Source: Salinispira sp. (GTDB lineage: Bacteria > Spirochaetota > Spirochaetia > DSM-27196 > Salinispiraceae). Taken from it: a stretch of 64,000 nucleotides of DNA. Below are positions 33,297 to 43,710 of the stretch, piece after piece. Made by a program: the position numbers and the translations under genes. The DNA lies in NCBI GenBank assembly GCA_965226555.1, contig CBDDDG010000010.1, positions 448,001-512,000 on the forward strand, in the 5' to 3' direction. Position 1 is the first letter of the stretch. Every line of letters begins with the position of its first letter. The notes below the pieces were generated by a model, which saw only the letters and a program-made list of their open reading frames with translations, was not told the DNA's origin and did not search any database.

Positions 33297-34334
33297 TTAA
33301 TGCGATCCGTTCCGCACTGTCCGCATTTCCTCATCGCTCAGCCCGGTAATTCTCTGAACAGCCTCTGTCGACAAGCCTTCCAAAAACATACTGCGAGCCG
33401 TTTCTCGAATGCCTCTCTCCATTCCCTGCGCAAGACCTTCAACCTTGCCTCTCTCCATTCCCTGCTCAAGACCCTCAACACGGCCTTTCAGAATACCCCT
33501 TTCCATTCCCTGCTCAAGACCCTCAATCCGGCCCTTCGCAATGCCTTCCCTGACGAAGGCGTTGGTAATGTTATATGTCCGCATACTGTTTTCTCCTTCA
33601 GGGAACAGTTCCCTGTTAATTTTCTCAAACTGTTCATACAGTCCCAAATCTTTTAGATAGCCTAACACACTCTCTGCTAGATCAGTAAAGTCTTGTGATG
33701 ACAGACCGTTTAGGAGCCGCGCAATCTCTTTCAGCCCCTCAACATTCATCTCATTATCTCGCATTATATACCACAATGCAGTCGATGTATATCGTTTTTC
33801 ATCGGAACGCCATGCCAACTGCTTCTTTGTCATTCTCCTCAGATCGCGCACAATGTACGACACTTTCACCCTGACATCCACTGTGCCTTCTGTAAGGGAT
33901 TCGGAAGTTGGATTTCCATGTAAACTGTAAAATGTGAGTGGGAGGTTCCATTCATTTTTTCCGTGGTAGAGCAGAAGTATATAGATAGCATCATTTTCAT
34001 TGTACACATTGCTGTTTCTGAGGGCATATTGATAATTATCGATTTGAGTGAGAGCATGTTTATGCTGGTAGCTTTTATGCTCAATAATAAAAAGGGCCTT
34101 CCGGTCGGGGTCTGACAGGAAGGGGGCACTGACAACGAGATCGCAGTGAAGGTTCTTTTTTCCTGCAATGTAGCTGGGGTTTTCAATGCGGATTTTGTCC
34201 ATGTCCAGCTTGGCAAGCATTGTATCCTCACAGAACAGCCGCAGCAGGTCGGGAATCAGCCGGGGGGTTCTGTAGTAGGCGATCTTGAAGGCTATGTCGT
34301 GGATGTGGCATTTGCTGTGGGATGATTTTTTCAT
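33297..34334 (-). CDS. Rpn/YhgA-like nuclease, left array copy 1 (internal ATG at 33584)
   Basis: HDIAFK, CDLVV, FIIEHKSY, LLLYHG, tetrapeptide repeats. Confidence 0.9.
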   Translation of the reverse strand: MKKSSHSKCHIHDIAFKIAYYRTPRLIPDLLRLFCEDTMLAKLDMDKIRIENPSYIAGKKNLHCDLVVSAPFLSDPDRKALFIIEHKSYQHKHALTQIDNYQYALRNSNVYNENDAIYILLLYHGKNEWNLPLTFYSLHGNPTSESLTEGTVDVRVKVSYIVRDLRRMTKKQLAWRSDEKRYTSTALWYIMRDNEMNVEGLKEIARLLNGLSSQDFTDLAESVLGYLKDLGLYEQFEKINRELFPEGENSMRTYNITNAFVREGIAKGRIEGLEQGMERGILKGRVEGLEQGMERGKVEGLAQGMERGIRETARSMFLEGLSTEAVQRITGLSDEEMRTVRNGSH

Positions 34335-34435
34335 ACATACCTCCTGCTATATCTATAACGGGAGAACTGTCATTTTTAACTGTGTTTTTTGAAAGAATGT
34401 TGTGATTTTTTTTCGGGGTGTCGGGAATGGGGGGC

Positions 34436-34588
34436 TGGTATGCTCTGTTTTGATGCGCTTTATGCTCCCGGGGACAATGCTCAGCGCGAGGTCTTTGTGG
34501 AAATATGCATGTATGAAGTTCCTGAATATCAGGGGATTTTCGAAAGCATATTTCCAGCGTGTACCATTCCTATATATTTTTCGCTCAT
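34436..34588 (-). pseudogene. 5' remnant of a different rpn subfamily, repeated at about 35919-36071 and 37375-37527
   Basis: MSEKYIGMVH / WKYAFENPLIFRNFIHAYF..SIVPGSIKRIKTE resembles an Rpn N-terminus with a frameshift. Confidence 0.55.
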
Positions 34589-34659
34589 ACCACATAAACG
34601 GGGTATGCGCGCATGGTAAATGATGTAATGAGAAAATTTTGTAAAAAGTTTTATTATTT

Positions 34660-34681
34660 TGGGATATTACTGTTTGACCAG
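34660..34681 (-). mobile_element. IS481 right-end-like sequence, also at about 36143 and 37599
   Basis: ctggtcaaacagtaatatccca vs IS end ctgttcaaaccttaatatccca, 19/22. Confidence 0.6.
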
Positions 34682-34768
34682 CCCGGACGCATGGCGAGCA
34701 GGCGCGGAGCGCCGACCAGCCCCTAGCCCCAGCAACAGTCGCATGGCGCACAGGCCGATCGGCGATAA

Positions 34769-35818
34769 TTAATGCGATCCGTTCCGCACTGTCCGCATTT
34801 CCTCATCGCTCAGCCCGGTAATTCTCTGAACAGCCTCGGTCGACAACCCTTCCAAAAACATACTGCGAGCCGTTTCTCGAATGCCCCTCGCCATTCCTTT
34901 TGCAATGCCTTTCTGCATTCCCTGCTCAAGACCTTCAACCTTGCCCCTCTCCATTCCCTGCGCAAGACCTTCAACCTTGCCTCTCTCCATTCCCTGCTCA
35001 AGACCCTCAATCCGGCCCTTCGCAATGCCTTCCCTTACGAAGGCGTTGGTAATATTATATGTCCGCATACTGTTTTCTCCTTCAGGGAACAGTTCCCTGT
35101 TAATTTTCTCAAACTGTTCATACAGTCCCAAATCTTTTAGATAGCCTAGCACACTCTCTGCTAGATCAGTAAAGTCTTGTGATGACAGACCGTTCAGGAG
35201 CTGTGCAATTTCTTTCAGCCCCTCAGCATTCATTTCATTATCTCGCATTATATACCACAACGCAGTTGATGTATATCGTTTTTCATCGGAGCGCAATGCC
35301 AACTGCTTCTTTGTCATTCGCCTCAGATCACACACAATGTACGACACTCTCGCCCTGACATCCACCGTGCCTTCGGTAAGGGATTCGGAGGTTGGATTTC
35401 CATGCGAACTGTAAAATGTGAGTGGGAGGTTCCATTCACCTTTTCCGTGGTAGAGTAGCAGTATATAGATAGCATCATTTTCATTGTACACATTGCTGTT
35501 TCTGAGGGCATATTGATAGTCATCAATCTGAGTGAGAGCATGTTTGTGCTGGTAGCTTTTATGTTCAATAATAAACAGAGCCTTCCGCTCTGGGTCTGAC
35601 AGGAAGGGGGCGCTGACAATGAGATCGCAGTGAAGGTTCTTTTTTCCCGCAATGTAGCTGGGGTTTTCAATGCGGATTTTGTCCAGATCCAGCTTGGCAA
35701 GCGTCGTATCCTCACAGAACAGCCGCAGCAGGTCGGGAATCATACGGGGGGTTCTGTAGTAGGCGATCTTGAAGGCTATGTCGTGGATGTGGCCTGTGCT
35801 GTGGGATGATTTTTTCAT
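34769..35818 (-). CDS. Rpn/YhgA-like nuclease, left array copy 2 (internal ATG at 35068)
   Basis: Near-identical paralog of copy 1. Confidence 0.9.
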   Translation of the reverse strand: MKKSSHSTGHIHDIAFKIAYYRTPRMIPDLLRLFCEDTTLAKLDLDKIRIENPSYIAGKKNLHCDLIVSAPFLSDPERKALFIIEHKSYQHKHALTQIDDYQYALRNSNVYNENDAIYILLLYHGKGEWNLPLTFYSSHGNPTSESLTEGTVDVRARVSYIVCDLRRMTKKQLALRSDEKRYTSTALWYIMRDNEMNAEGLKEIAQLLNGLSSQDFTDLAESVLGYLKDLGLYEQFEKINRELFPEGENSMRTYNITNAFVREGIAKGRIEGLEQGMERGKVEGLAQGMERGKVEGLEQGMQKGIAKGMARGIRETARSMFLEGLSTEAVQRITGLSDEEMRTVRNGSH

Positions 35819-36251
35819 AAACATTCCTCCTACATCTGTGACGGGTAAAATGTCATTTTTGACTATGTATTTTGAAAGAATGTTGTGATTTTTTTTCGGG
35901 GTGTCGGGAATGGGGGGCTGGTATGCTCTGTTTTGATGCGCTTTATGCTCCCGGGGACAATGCTCAGCGCGAGGTCTTTGTGGAAATATGCATGTATGAA
36001 GTTCCTGAATATCAGGGGATTTTCGAAAGCATATTTCCAGCGTGTACCATTCCTATATATTTTTCGCTCATACCACATAAACGGGGTATGCGCGCATGGT
36101 AAATGATGTAATGAGAAAATTTTGTAAAAAGTTTTATTATTTTGGGATATTACTGTTTGACCAGCCCGGACGCATGGCGAGCAGGCGCGGAGCGCCGACC
36201 AGCCCCTAGCCCCAGCAACAGTCGCATGGCGCGCAGGCCGATCGGCGATAA

Positions 36252-37265
36252 TTAATGCGATCCGTTCCGCACTGTCCGCATTTCCTCATCGCTCAGCCCG
36301 GTAATTCTCTGAACAGCCTCGGTCGACAACCCTTCCAAAAACATACTGCGAGCCGTTTCTCGAATGCCCCTCGCCATTCCTTTTGCAATGCCTTTCTGCA
36401 TTCCCTGCTCAAGACCCTCAATCCGGCCTTTCAGAATGCCTTTCTCCATTCCCTTCAGAATACCCTTCGCAATGCCTTCCCTTACGAAGGCGTTGGTAAT
36501 ATTATATGTCCGCATACTGTTTTCTCCTTCAGGGAACAGTTCCCTGTTAATTTTCTCAAACTGTTCATACAGTCCCAAATCTTTTAGATAGCCTAGCACA
36601 CTCTCTGCTAGATCAGTAAAGTCTTGTGATGACAGACCGTTCAGGAGCTGTGCAATTTCTTTCAGCCCCTCAGCATTCATTTCATTATCTCGCATTATAT
36701 ACCACAATGCAGTCGATGTATATCGTTTTTCATCGGAACGCCATGCCAACTGCTTCTTTGTCATTCTCCTCAGATCGCGCACAATGTACGACACTCTCGC
36801 CCTGACATCCACCGTGCCTTCGATCATGGATTCGGAAGCAGCATTTCCATGTGAACTGTAAAATGTGAGTGGGAGGTTCCATTCATTTTTTCCGTGGTAG
36901 AGCAGAAGTATATAGATAGCATCATTTTCATTGTACACATTGCTGTTTCTGAGGGCATATTGATAGTCATCGATCTGTGTGAGAGCATGTTTATGCTGGT
37001 AGCTTTTGTGCTCAATAATGAATAGGGCCTTCCGGTCGGGGTCTGACAGGAAGGGGGCGCTGACAACGAGAGCGCAGTGAAGGTTCTTTTTTCCTGCAAT
37101 GTAGCTGGGGGTTTCAATGCGGATTTTGTCCATGTCCAGCTTGGTAAGAGTTGTATCCTCACAGAACAGCCGCAGTAGGTCGGGAATCATCCGGGGGGTT
37201 CTGTAGTAGGCGATCTTGAAGGCTATGTCGTGGATGTGGACTGTGCTGTGGGATGATTTTTTCAT
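36252..37265 (-). CDS. Rpn/YhgA-like nuclease, left array copy 3 (CDL->CAL; internal ATG at 36515)
   Basis: Paralog with GAT->GCT at 37071-37073. Confidence 0.9.
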   Translation of the reverse strand: MKKSSHSTVHIHDIAFKIAYYRTPRMIPDLLRLFCEDTTLTKLDMDKIRIETPSYIAGKKNLHCALVVSAPFLSDPDRKALFIIEHKSYQHKHALTQIDDYQYALRNSNVYNENDAIYILLLYHGKNEWNLPLTFYSSHGNAASESMIEGTVDVRARVSYIVRDLRRMTKKQLAWRSDEKRYTSTALWYIMRDNEMNAEGLKEIAQLLNGLSSQDFTDLAESVLGYLKDLGLYEQFEKINRELFPEGENSMRTYNITNAFVREGIAKGILKGMEKGILKGRIEGLEQGMQKGIAKGMARGIRETARSMFLEGLSTEAVQRITGLSDEEMRTVRNGSH

Positions 37266-37655
37266 AAATATCTCCTGCTATATCTATAACGGGTAAAATG
37301 TCATTTTTAATTGTGTTTTTGGAAAAAATTTTGCAAAATTTGTGATTTTTCGGGGAGTCGGGAATGGGGGGGGCTGGTATGCTCTGTGTCAATACGCTCT
37401 ATGCTCCCGGGAACAATGCTCAGCGCGAGGTCTTTGTTGAAGTATGAATATATGAAGTTCCTGAATATCAGGAGATTTTCGAAAGCATATTTCCAGCGTG
37501 TACCATTCCTATATATTTTTCGCTCATACCACATAAACGGGGTATGCGCGCATGGTGAATGATGTAATGAGAAAATTTTGTAAAAAGTTTTATTATTTTG
37601 GGATATTACTGTTTGACCAGCCCGGACGCATGGCGCGCAGGCCGATCGGCGATAA

Positions 37656-38681
37656 TTAATGCGATCCGTTCCGCACTGTCCGCATTTCCTCATCGCTCAG
37701 CCCGGTAATTCTCTGAACAGCCTCTGTCGACAAGCCTTCCAAAAACATACTGCGAGCCGTTTCTCGAATGCCCCTCTCCATTCCCTGCGCAAGACCTTCA
37801 ACCTTGCCCCTCTCCATTCCCTGCGCAAGACCTTCAACCTTGCCTCTCTCCATTCCCTGCGCAAGACCCTCAATCCGGCCCTTCGCAATGCCTTCCCTGA
37901 CGAAGGCGTTGGTAATGTTATATGTCCGCATACTGTTTTCTCCTTCAGGATATAGTTTCCTGTTAATTTTCTCAAACTGTTCATACAGTCCCAAATCTTT
38001 TAGATAGCCTAACACACTCTCTGCCAGATCAGTAAAGTCTTGTGATGACAGACCGTTCAGAAGCTGCGCAATCTCTTTCAGCCCCTCAGCATCCATTTCA
38101 TTGTCTCTCATTATATACCACAATGCAGTCGATGTATATCGTTTTTCATCGGAACGCCATGCCAACTGCTTCTTTGTCATTCTCCTCAGATCGCGCACAA
38201 TGTACGACACTCTCGCCCTGACATCCACCGTGCCTTCGATCATGGATTCGGAAGCAGCATTTCCATGTGAACTGTAAAATGTGAGTGGGAGGTTCCATTC
38301 ATTTTTTCCGTGGTAGAGCAGAAGTATATAGATAGCATCATTTTCATTGTACACATTGCTGTTTCTGAGGGCATATTGATAATTATCGATTTGAGTGAGA
38401 GCATGTTTATGCTGGTAGCTTTTATGCTCAATAATAAAAAGGGCCTTCCGGTCGGGGTCTGACAGGAAGGGGGCGCTGACAACGAGATCGCAGTGAAGGT
38501 TCTTTTTTCCTGCAATGTAGCTGGGGGTTTCAATGCGGATTTTGTCCATGTCCAGCTTGGCAAGCGTCGTATCCTCACAGAACAGTCCCAGCAGGTCGGG
38601 AATCAGCCGGGGGGTTCTGTAGTAGGCGATCTTGAAGGCTATGTCGTGGATGTGGCATTTGCTGTGGGATGATTTTTTCAT
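37656..38681 (-). CDS. Rpn/YhgA-like nuclease, left array copy 4 (internal ATG at 37931)
   Basis: Near-identical paralog. Confidence 0.9.
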   Translation of the reverse strand: MKKSSHSKCHIHDIAFKIAYYRTPRLIPDLLGLFCEDTTLAKLDMDKIRIETPSYIAGKKNLHCDLVVSAPFLSDPDRKALFIIEHKSYQHKHALTQIDNYQYALRNSNVYNENDAIYILLLYHGKNEWNLPLTFYSSHGNAASESMIEGTVDVRARVSYIVRDLRRMTKKQLAWRSDEKRYTSTALWYIMRDNEMDAEGLKEIAQLLNGLSSQDFTDLAESVLGYLKDLGLYEQFEKINRKLYPEGENSMRTYNITNAFVREGIAKGRIEGLAQGMERGKVEGLAQGMERGKVEGLAQGMERGIRETARSMFLEGLSTEAVQRITGLSDEEMRTVRNGSH

Positions 38682-38822
38682 ACATACCTCCTGCTATATC
38701 TATAACGGGAGAACTGTCATTTTTAACTGTGTTTTTTGAAAGAATGTTGTGATTTTTTTCGGGGTGTCGGGAATGGGGGCTCGGATCCTTCGTGTGCTGA
38801 TGGATGCCGGCGCCGCGCAGCG

Positions 38823-39050
38823 TTATGGCTCGCTTTTTTTCAGAATTTCATCATACGATTTATCCGAGCGCTCAAGCATCTGAAAAATCTGCTGTAAATA
38901 TTCAAGGCGCCTTTCAGCCTTTTTTGGAGCGCCCGCCTGAAGCTTTTCCTTGCACGTGCCCACATAATCATCTACCGCCTCATGAAAGGATCTGACTACC
39001 TGCGCGTCCGTATTTCCTTCATACGATATAAGATCGCGAATACATTCAAG
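38823..39050 (-). pseudogene. HicB-like antitoxin fragment cut by a hairpin element
   Basis: IRDLISYEG....FHEAVDDY..TC; N-terminus replaced by hairpin 39051-39104. Confidence 0.55.
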
Positions 39051-39438
39051 AAACTTTTGCATTGGAAAATTGCGCTTGCGCAATTTCCAGGAGCAAAACT
39101 TTGTCATATCGATTACACATGCAAGGCCGCTAACCGGAGGGCGGGCACGAGGCGAGCAGCATTGTTCCCGGGAGTATGGAGAGCATCAAAACAGAACTTC
39201 GTCACACAGGCGAACCAAAACATTCAGTCACCGGGTGCCGAGAAGGCTTTTTGATGTTGTATGCCAGCATATTGAGCGCCCATGCAACTCCCGTCCTTCG
39301 GGCATTTTCAATCGCTCCCGCACCTTCTAGATGCAATTCACGCCGCGCATGATATTCAATCATGGACGCATGGGTGAGACGGATGCGCAAGCATCCGACC
39401 AGCCCAGCGTTTCAGCAACAGCAGCCATGGGCGAGTTC

Positions 39439-39735
39439 TTACTGCATGGTAAAGGTATGGCCCCCGAAGGTTAAGGTGTTTCCACTAATGGTATAGTCGA
39501 CCTTTCCCGCGGCGAGCAATCCCTCTAATGCTCCCGAGCACTCACTGAGTATAAATGTTTTTTCGTCAGCTGTGTAATTACACACAGTTTCGGCGCCTTC
39601 ATACACTTCTGTGACAGTTTTATCGGTGAATGTCATCGTGTTCCCGTCTTCTCCCGTCCACACCCCTACTAAGAGCATTGAACATCCTGCTAACAGAGTT
39701 ATTGCTACAATAACTATAAAAGGTACCTTTTTCAT
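39439..39735 (-). CDS. Small lipoprotein
   Basis: MKK + hydrophobic core + LLAGC lipobox; AGGAGG RBS. Confidence 0.75.
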   Translation of the reverse strand: MKKVPFIVIVAITLLAGCSMLLVGVWTGEDGNTMTFTDKTVTEVYEGAETVCNYTADEKTFILSECSGALEGLLAAGKVDYTISGNTLTFGGHTFTMQ

Positions 39736-39841
39736 ATGGTTACCCTCCTGTAAAATTTTCTATATGCTATTATTTTTTACCGGAGTATGGCAATAGCGAA
39801 AATATTTTTTTCACTTGATATTTGTTTCATTCCGATTTATA

Positions 39842-41085
39842 GAAACCTTTGCACATCATCGGGAATAATGGTATTCTGAGGAAAATTCACACAGAGAGCT
39901 GGGAATGAGCAATCGGGTTGTATTGCGCGCTGTCCGGCGCTGAAACGCTTCGATAGCCTGTATGAACTGATCAATTGGAAGGAAATTGGGGATATGCTCT
40001 GTGCTATCAACAACAAATCGATGGGCGCGAAAGGATATCATCCGGTTATGATGTTCAAAGTGCTGTTGCTGCAATCTTGGCAGAATCTCAGCGATGAAGG
40101 CATGGAAAATGCTCTTGCCTGCGACTTGGCATACAAGCGTTTTGTGGGGCTCAATGTTCTCGATGATACTCCCGATCATTCCACGATATGGCGGTTTCGG
40201 GAACAACTGACCCGTAAGAATATTCTCAGTGCGCTCTTGGACACGGTGAATGCGCAGTTGGACACGCAGGATTGTGAAGTGCACCGGGGCACAGTCAGCA
40301 TAATTGATGCGAGTGTCATACAGGCTTCGCGGCATCGGAAGAAAAAAAATGACGCAGGAGAATCGACACAGGATCCTGAAGCGGCCTACGCGAGTAAGAG
40401 GGGAGGCGATGGAACGGTACGAACAACCTACGGTTTCAAGATACACGTGACGGTAAATGAGAAGGGACGGGCGAAGAAACTGCTGGTGACTGCGGCCAAT
40501 ATTCATGACAGCAAACTATTTGGCGAATTGATTATGGGAAATGAGACGGTGGTGTACGCGGATGCCGCGTACCGGAGTAAAGCGATTGCTGCGATGCTTG
40601 AGGAGATGGGCATAGAGAATCAGATACATGAGCGGGCGTATCGGAACACACCGTTAACCGATGAACAGAAGCAGGCGAATTACGGGCGGTCGCGCGTAAG
40701 GAATACGGTGGAGCGGTTTTTTGGTCTGAGCAAACTCCATTGCGGCGCAAGAAAGGCGCGGTATATGGGAGTTCAGAGGAATCAGAGTCGGTTTATGTGT
40801 ATGGCGATTATGTATAATCTGAAACAGATGATCGGCATGAAACGGCGAATGGGGAACATGGCGCCGGAACGCTCTGCGGTTGCGGCATAACAACAGGATA
40901 GCTGTGCCCTTATGGCGGTACTGCTGCCGGAAATGAGGGAAATACTGAAAAAAGAATGAATTTTAGAGTTTTTGGTATACAAAGGGTGGAGAATAGTGTA
41001 TTCTGAATCTTAAGAACCGATGAATAATTTTTTCTGCGTGGAAAAAAGACTACCGGCAGATATAATGGAGTTATTCAAAAGTTTC
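39842..41085 (+). mobile_element. IS5-family insertion sequence (1244 bp)
   Basis: Ends GAAACCTTTGCACA / TATTCAAAAGTTTC; TTATA on both flanks; transposase inside. Confidence 0.85.
39994..40890 (+). CDS. IS5-family transposase (true N-terminus uncertain; in-frame TGA upstream)
   Basis: PDHSTIWRFR, IIDAS, YGFKIH, YADAAY, R..VERFFG..K. Confidence 0.9.
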   Translation: MLCAINNKSMGAKGYHPVMMFKVLLLQSWQNLSDEGMENALACDLAYKRFVGLNVLDDTPDHSTIWRFREQLTRKNILSALLDTVNAQLDTQDCEVHRGTVSIIDASVIQASRHRKKKNDAGESTQDPEAAYASKRGGDGTVRTTYGFKIHVTVNEKGRAKKLLVTAANIHDSKLFGELIMGNETVVYADAAYRSKAIAAMLEEMGIENQIHERAYRNTPLTDEQKQANYGRSRVRNTVERFFGLSKLHCGARKARYMGVQRNQSRFMCMAIMYNLKQMIGMKRRMGNMAPERSAVAA

Positions 41086-41175
41086 TTATAGTATGAACAG
41101 TTCGGATGTATAATGAAGCATACGGACTCATAGAAACTTTATCATAATTATCAATGAGTATTCTACCATAGGAGG

Positions 41176-42864
41176 ATGAATATGAAATCATTTATCAATG
41201 CACGGAGAATTTCCCTTGGGGTTCTGTTCTGTGCGATCTTTATTGTGCTGGTCGGCGGATGCCCAATGTTGTTCGCCCCGCCTGCCATATCTGCGCCAAC
41301 CCTTGAAGCAGGGGGGGATTCACTTGTTGTATTCTGGACTGGGCCCTCTGCTCTCTGGAATGCGGCAAACAGCAACGCTGATAACGGGCTGAGCGAGTAT
41401 CACCTGCGTTATCGCGAAGAAGGCAGAGGGATCTGGAAGGAGATTACCGGCATCAGCGGCCTTACGTATACCATTACGGGGCTGACAAACGGTATCACGT
41501 ACGAAGTACAGGCTCGCGCTGTCAATGCGACCGGTACTGCCAACTGGTCGGCATCGGCAACAGAAACACCTATACACGTTCCAGATGCGCCAGACTCTCC
41601 TACGCTCACAATGGGAGTTGGGCAACTTACGGTTAAATGGATAGTTCCGCCCGACAACGGCAGACCCATTACCGTGTATCATCTACGCTATAGCGAGGAA
41701 GGCAGTGAGAATTGGACGCTTATTACCTCCGGCATCAGCATCAGAGACATTAGCTATACCATTCCCGGGCTGGAAATCGGCGCCTACGCTGTGCAGGTGC
41801 GTGCCGTCAACGTTCTGGGCGAAGGCCCATGGTCTCCATCTGCCACAGAAACCATAGTGTATGGCGCAGACGGCTATGACGCAGACGGTTTTAACGCCGA
41901 AGGTACTTACCGAAACGGTACGAAATATGGCCCGGACGGCTATGACGCAGACGGTTTTAATGCCGAAGGCACTTACCGAGACGGTACGAAATATGACCCG
42001 GACGGCTATGACGCAGACGGTTTTAATGCCGAAGGCACTTACCGAGACGGCACGGACCGCGATGAATACGGCTATGACATATACGGCTATACTACCGCAC
42101 ATGTTCACCGCACAGATTTCGTCCTTGCATCTGAAAATAGTGCCCCCAGAGGTATCTGGTCGAATGGAACAACGATGTGGGTGGTGGATTGGGACGATGA
42201 CAAACTCTATGCCTACAACATGGAGACCAAGGCCCGCGATAGCAGCAAGGACATTGCCCTCACTTCTGCGAACAATAACCCCTTCGGCATCGGATCGGAT
42301 GGGACAACGATATGGGTATCGAATGTACAATCACTGACAGGTCTAGGTAAAACCTATGCTTATACCATAAGTACTGGAGAACCCGATAATGACAAGACTA
42401 TTGATTTTGGAGCTGCACTTGGAAGCGGTAACCTTATGGGCATCTGGACGGATGGAACAACAATGTGGGCGATGAATATTTTAAGATGGATTCATGCCTA
42501 CACGGTTGCCACCAAAGCTCGTGTCAGTGAAACGAGCGGCGGCACAACCACTTACCCGATGGATTTCAGTGTTATCGCCAATGTTCTCCGAGTAAGAAAC
42601 CTCTGGTCAAATGGGACAACGATGTGGATAGTGGATAATTCCACTAGCAAAATCATCACCTATACAATAAGTACCCAGTTATACGATCCTGCTAAGGAGA
42701 TCGCCTTGCCTAGTTATAGTGGTACTCCCTTAAACAACCCCTACTTCGGCATATGGTCAGATGAAACCACGATGTGGGTGGTACATGAGGACGATGGCAT
42801 AATCTACGCCTACGACCTGAGTACCCGCGCGCGTCCGCCCATGGCGCCGGAACCAGCGGAGTAG
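41176..42864 (+). CDS. Lipoprotein: 2x FN3, GYD repeats, GIWSDGTTMWV-repeat (propeller-like) domain
   Basis: LVGGC lipobox; FN3 motifs; 22-aa repeats; five or six W.DGTTMW repeats. Confidence 0.85.
   Translation: MNMKSFINARRISLGVLFCAIFIVLVGGCPMLFAPPAISAPTLEAGGDSLVVFWTGPSALWNAANSNADNGLSEYHLRYREEGRGIWKEITGISGLTYTITGLTNGITYEVQARAVNATGTANWSASATETPIHVPDAPDSPTLTMGVGQLTVKWIVPPDNGRPITVYHLRYSEEGSENWTLITSGISIRDISYTIPGLEIGAYAVQVRAVNVLGEGPWSPSATETIVYGADGYDADGFNAEGTYRNGTKYGPDGYDADGFNAEGTYRDGTKYDPDGYDADGFNAEGTYRDGTDRDEYGYDIYGYTTAHVHRTDFVLASENSAPRGIWSNGTTMWVVDWDDDKLYAYNMETKARDSSKDIALTSANNNPFGIGSDGTTIWVSNVQSLTGLGKTYAYTISTGEPDNDKTIDFGAALGSGNLMGIWTDGTTMWAMNILRWIHAYTVATKARVSETSGGTTTYPMDFSVIANVLRVRNLWSNGTTMWIVDNSTSKIITYTISTQLYDPAKEIALPSYSGTPLNNPYFGIWSDETTMWVVHEDDGIIYAYDLSTRARPPMAPEPAE
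41860..42055. repeat. Three 66-bp tandem repeats (YG.DGYDADGFNAEGTYR.GTK)
   Basis: gacggctatgacgcagac at 41869, 41935, 42001. Confidence 0.9.
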
Positions 42865-43202
42865 CGCGGCGTATCGGTTTTATTGGCGGGGCGGCTTTTT
42901 TATTGCCCCCCGCCTGCCCTTGTCCGGCGGGCTGTGTGTTTTTGAAGATGCAACTATCTCACCCGGACTTCGACTCATGGTGCATTTTCTCGTGAAGGAA
43001 ATTTCTGAATTCAATTATCTATGCGGGAACATCAACCTTCTTCAAACCTGTATATCTATCAATGGCAAACACACTGACACCGTCATCAACGTATCCCGCA
43101 CAAAACAGATAGGTCTTAGAGCCGACTACGGCAGTCGTCAGACCGCGGGCTCCGTCAAATCATGGAAACACTCTCAACATTAGCCGGTGAAATTCAGTAT
43201 AT

Positions 43203-43436
43203 GAGCCTGTCGGACTTTGCCGGGGCACCCACCATATTTTGTAAAGAAATATGTTCATGCGATGAAGTAATTTGTAATTTTTAAGTATAAATAAAGGGAA
43301 ATAGGTGTTTTTAGTATATTTTTATGTGAAAAATTAGATTTTTTCGGGAAGGTAGGTAATTTTTTTGTTAAAACAGCGAATACATTTAGCATATTTTGAG
43401 CACTTTGGTGATTATTTTTCTAAGTCCGACAGGATC
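43203..43436. mobile_element. 234-bp MITE
   Basis: TIR GAGCCTGTCGGACTT / AAGTCCGACAGGATC (14/15), ATAT on both flanks, AT-rich non-coding interior. Confidence 0.8.
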
Positions 43437-43626
43437 ATATGAATAATTAAAGATTAAAGGGCAAAGTGCGCTACTGCCATCGTTTTTGGGCGAGCAGGCA
43501 GGAGGCCGTAGCCTCCGACCAGCCCGGACGCATAACGAGTCCGCTCAACGACAAAATTTCCCTCCGCTATTTTGTCAATATCCTGTCAAAAAAACCGAGG
43601 GGGGACTTCTGGCTCAATTTGTATAA

Positions 43627-43666
43627 AGGAGTTGTAGCGCGGGATCACGCTACAACTCCTGTTTTT
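43627..43666. terminator. Hairpin, probable intrinsic terminator
   Basis: AGGAGTTGTAGCG..CGCTACAACTCCT downstream of the minus-strand FN3 gene. Confidence 0.6.
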
Positions 43667-43710
43667 CAATTCAACCAGCCCCCCGCTCTTGCTCATTTAG
43701 GGCAGTTCTC

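Noticed and set aside
39240..39362. Transposase C-terminal fragment (..MLAYNIKK)
   Set aside because: Motif too short to assign
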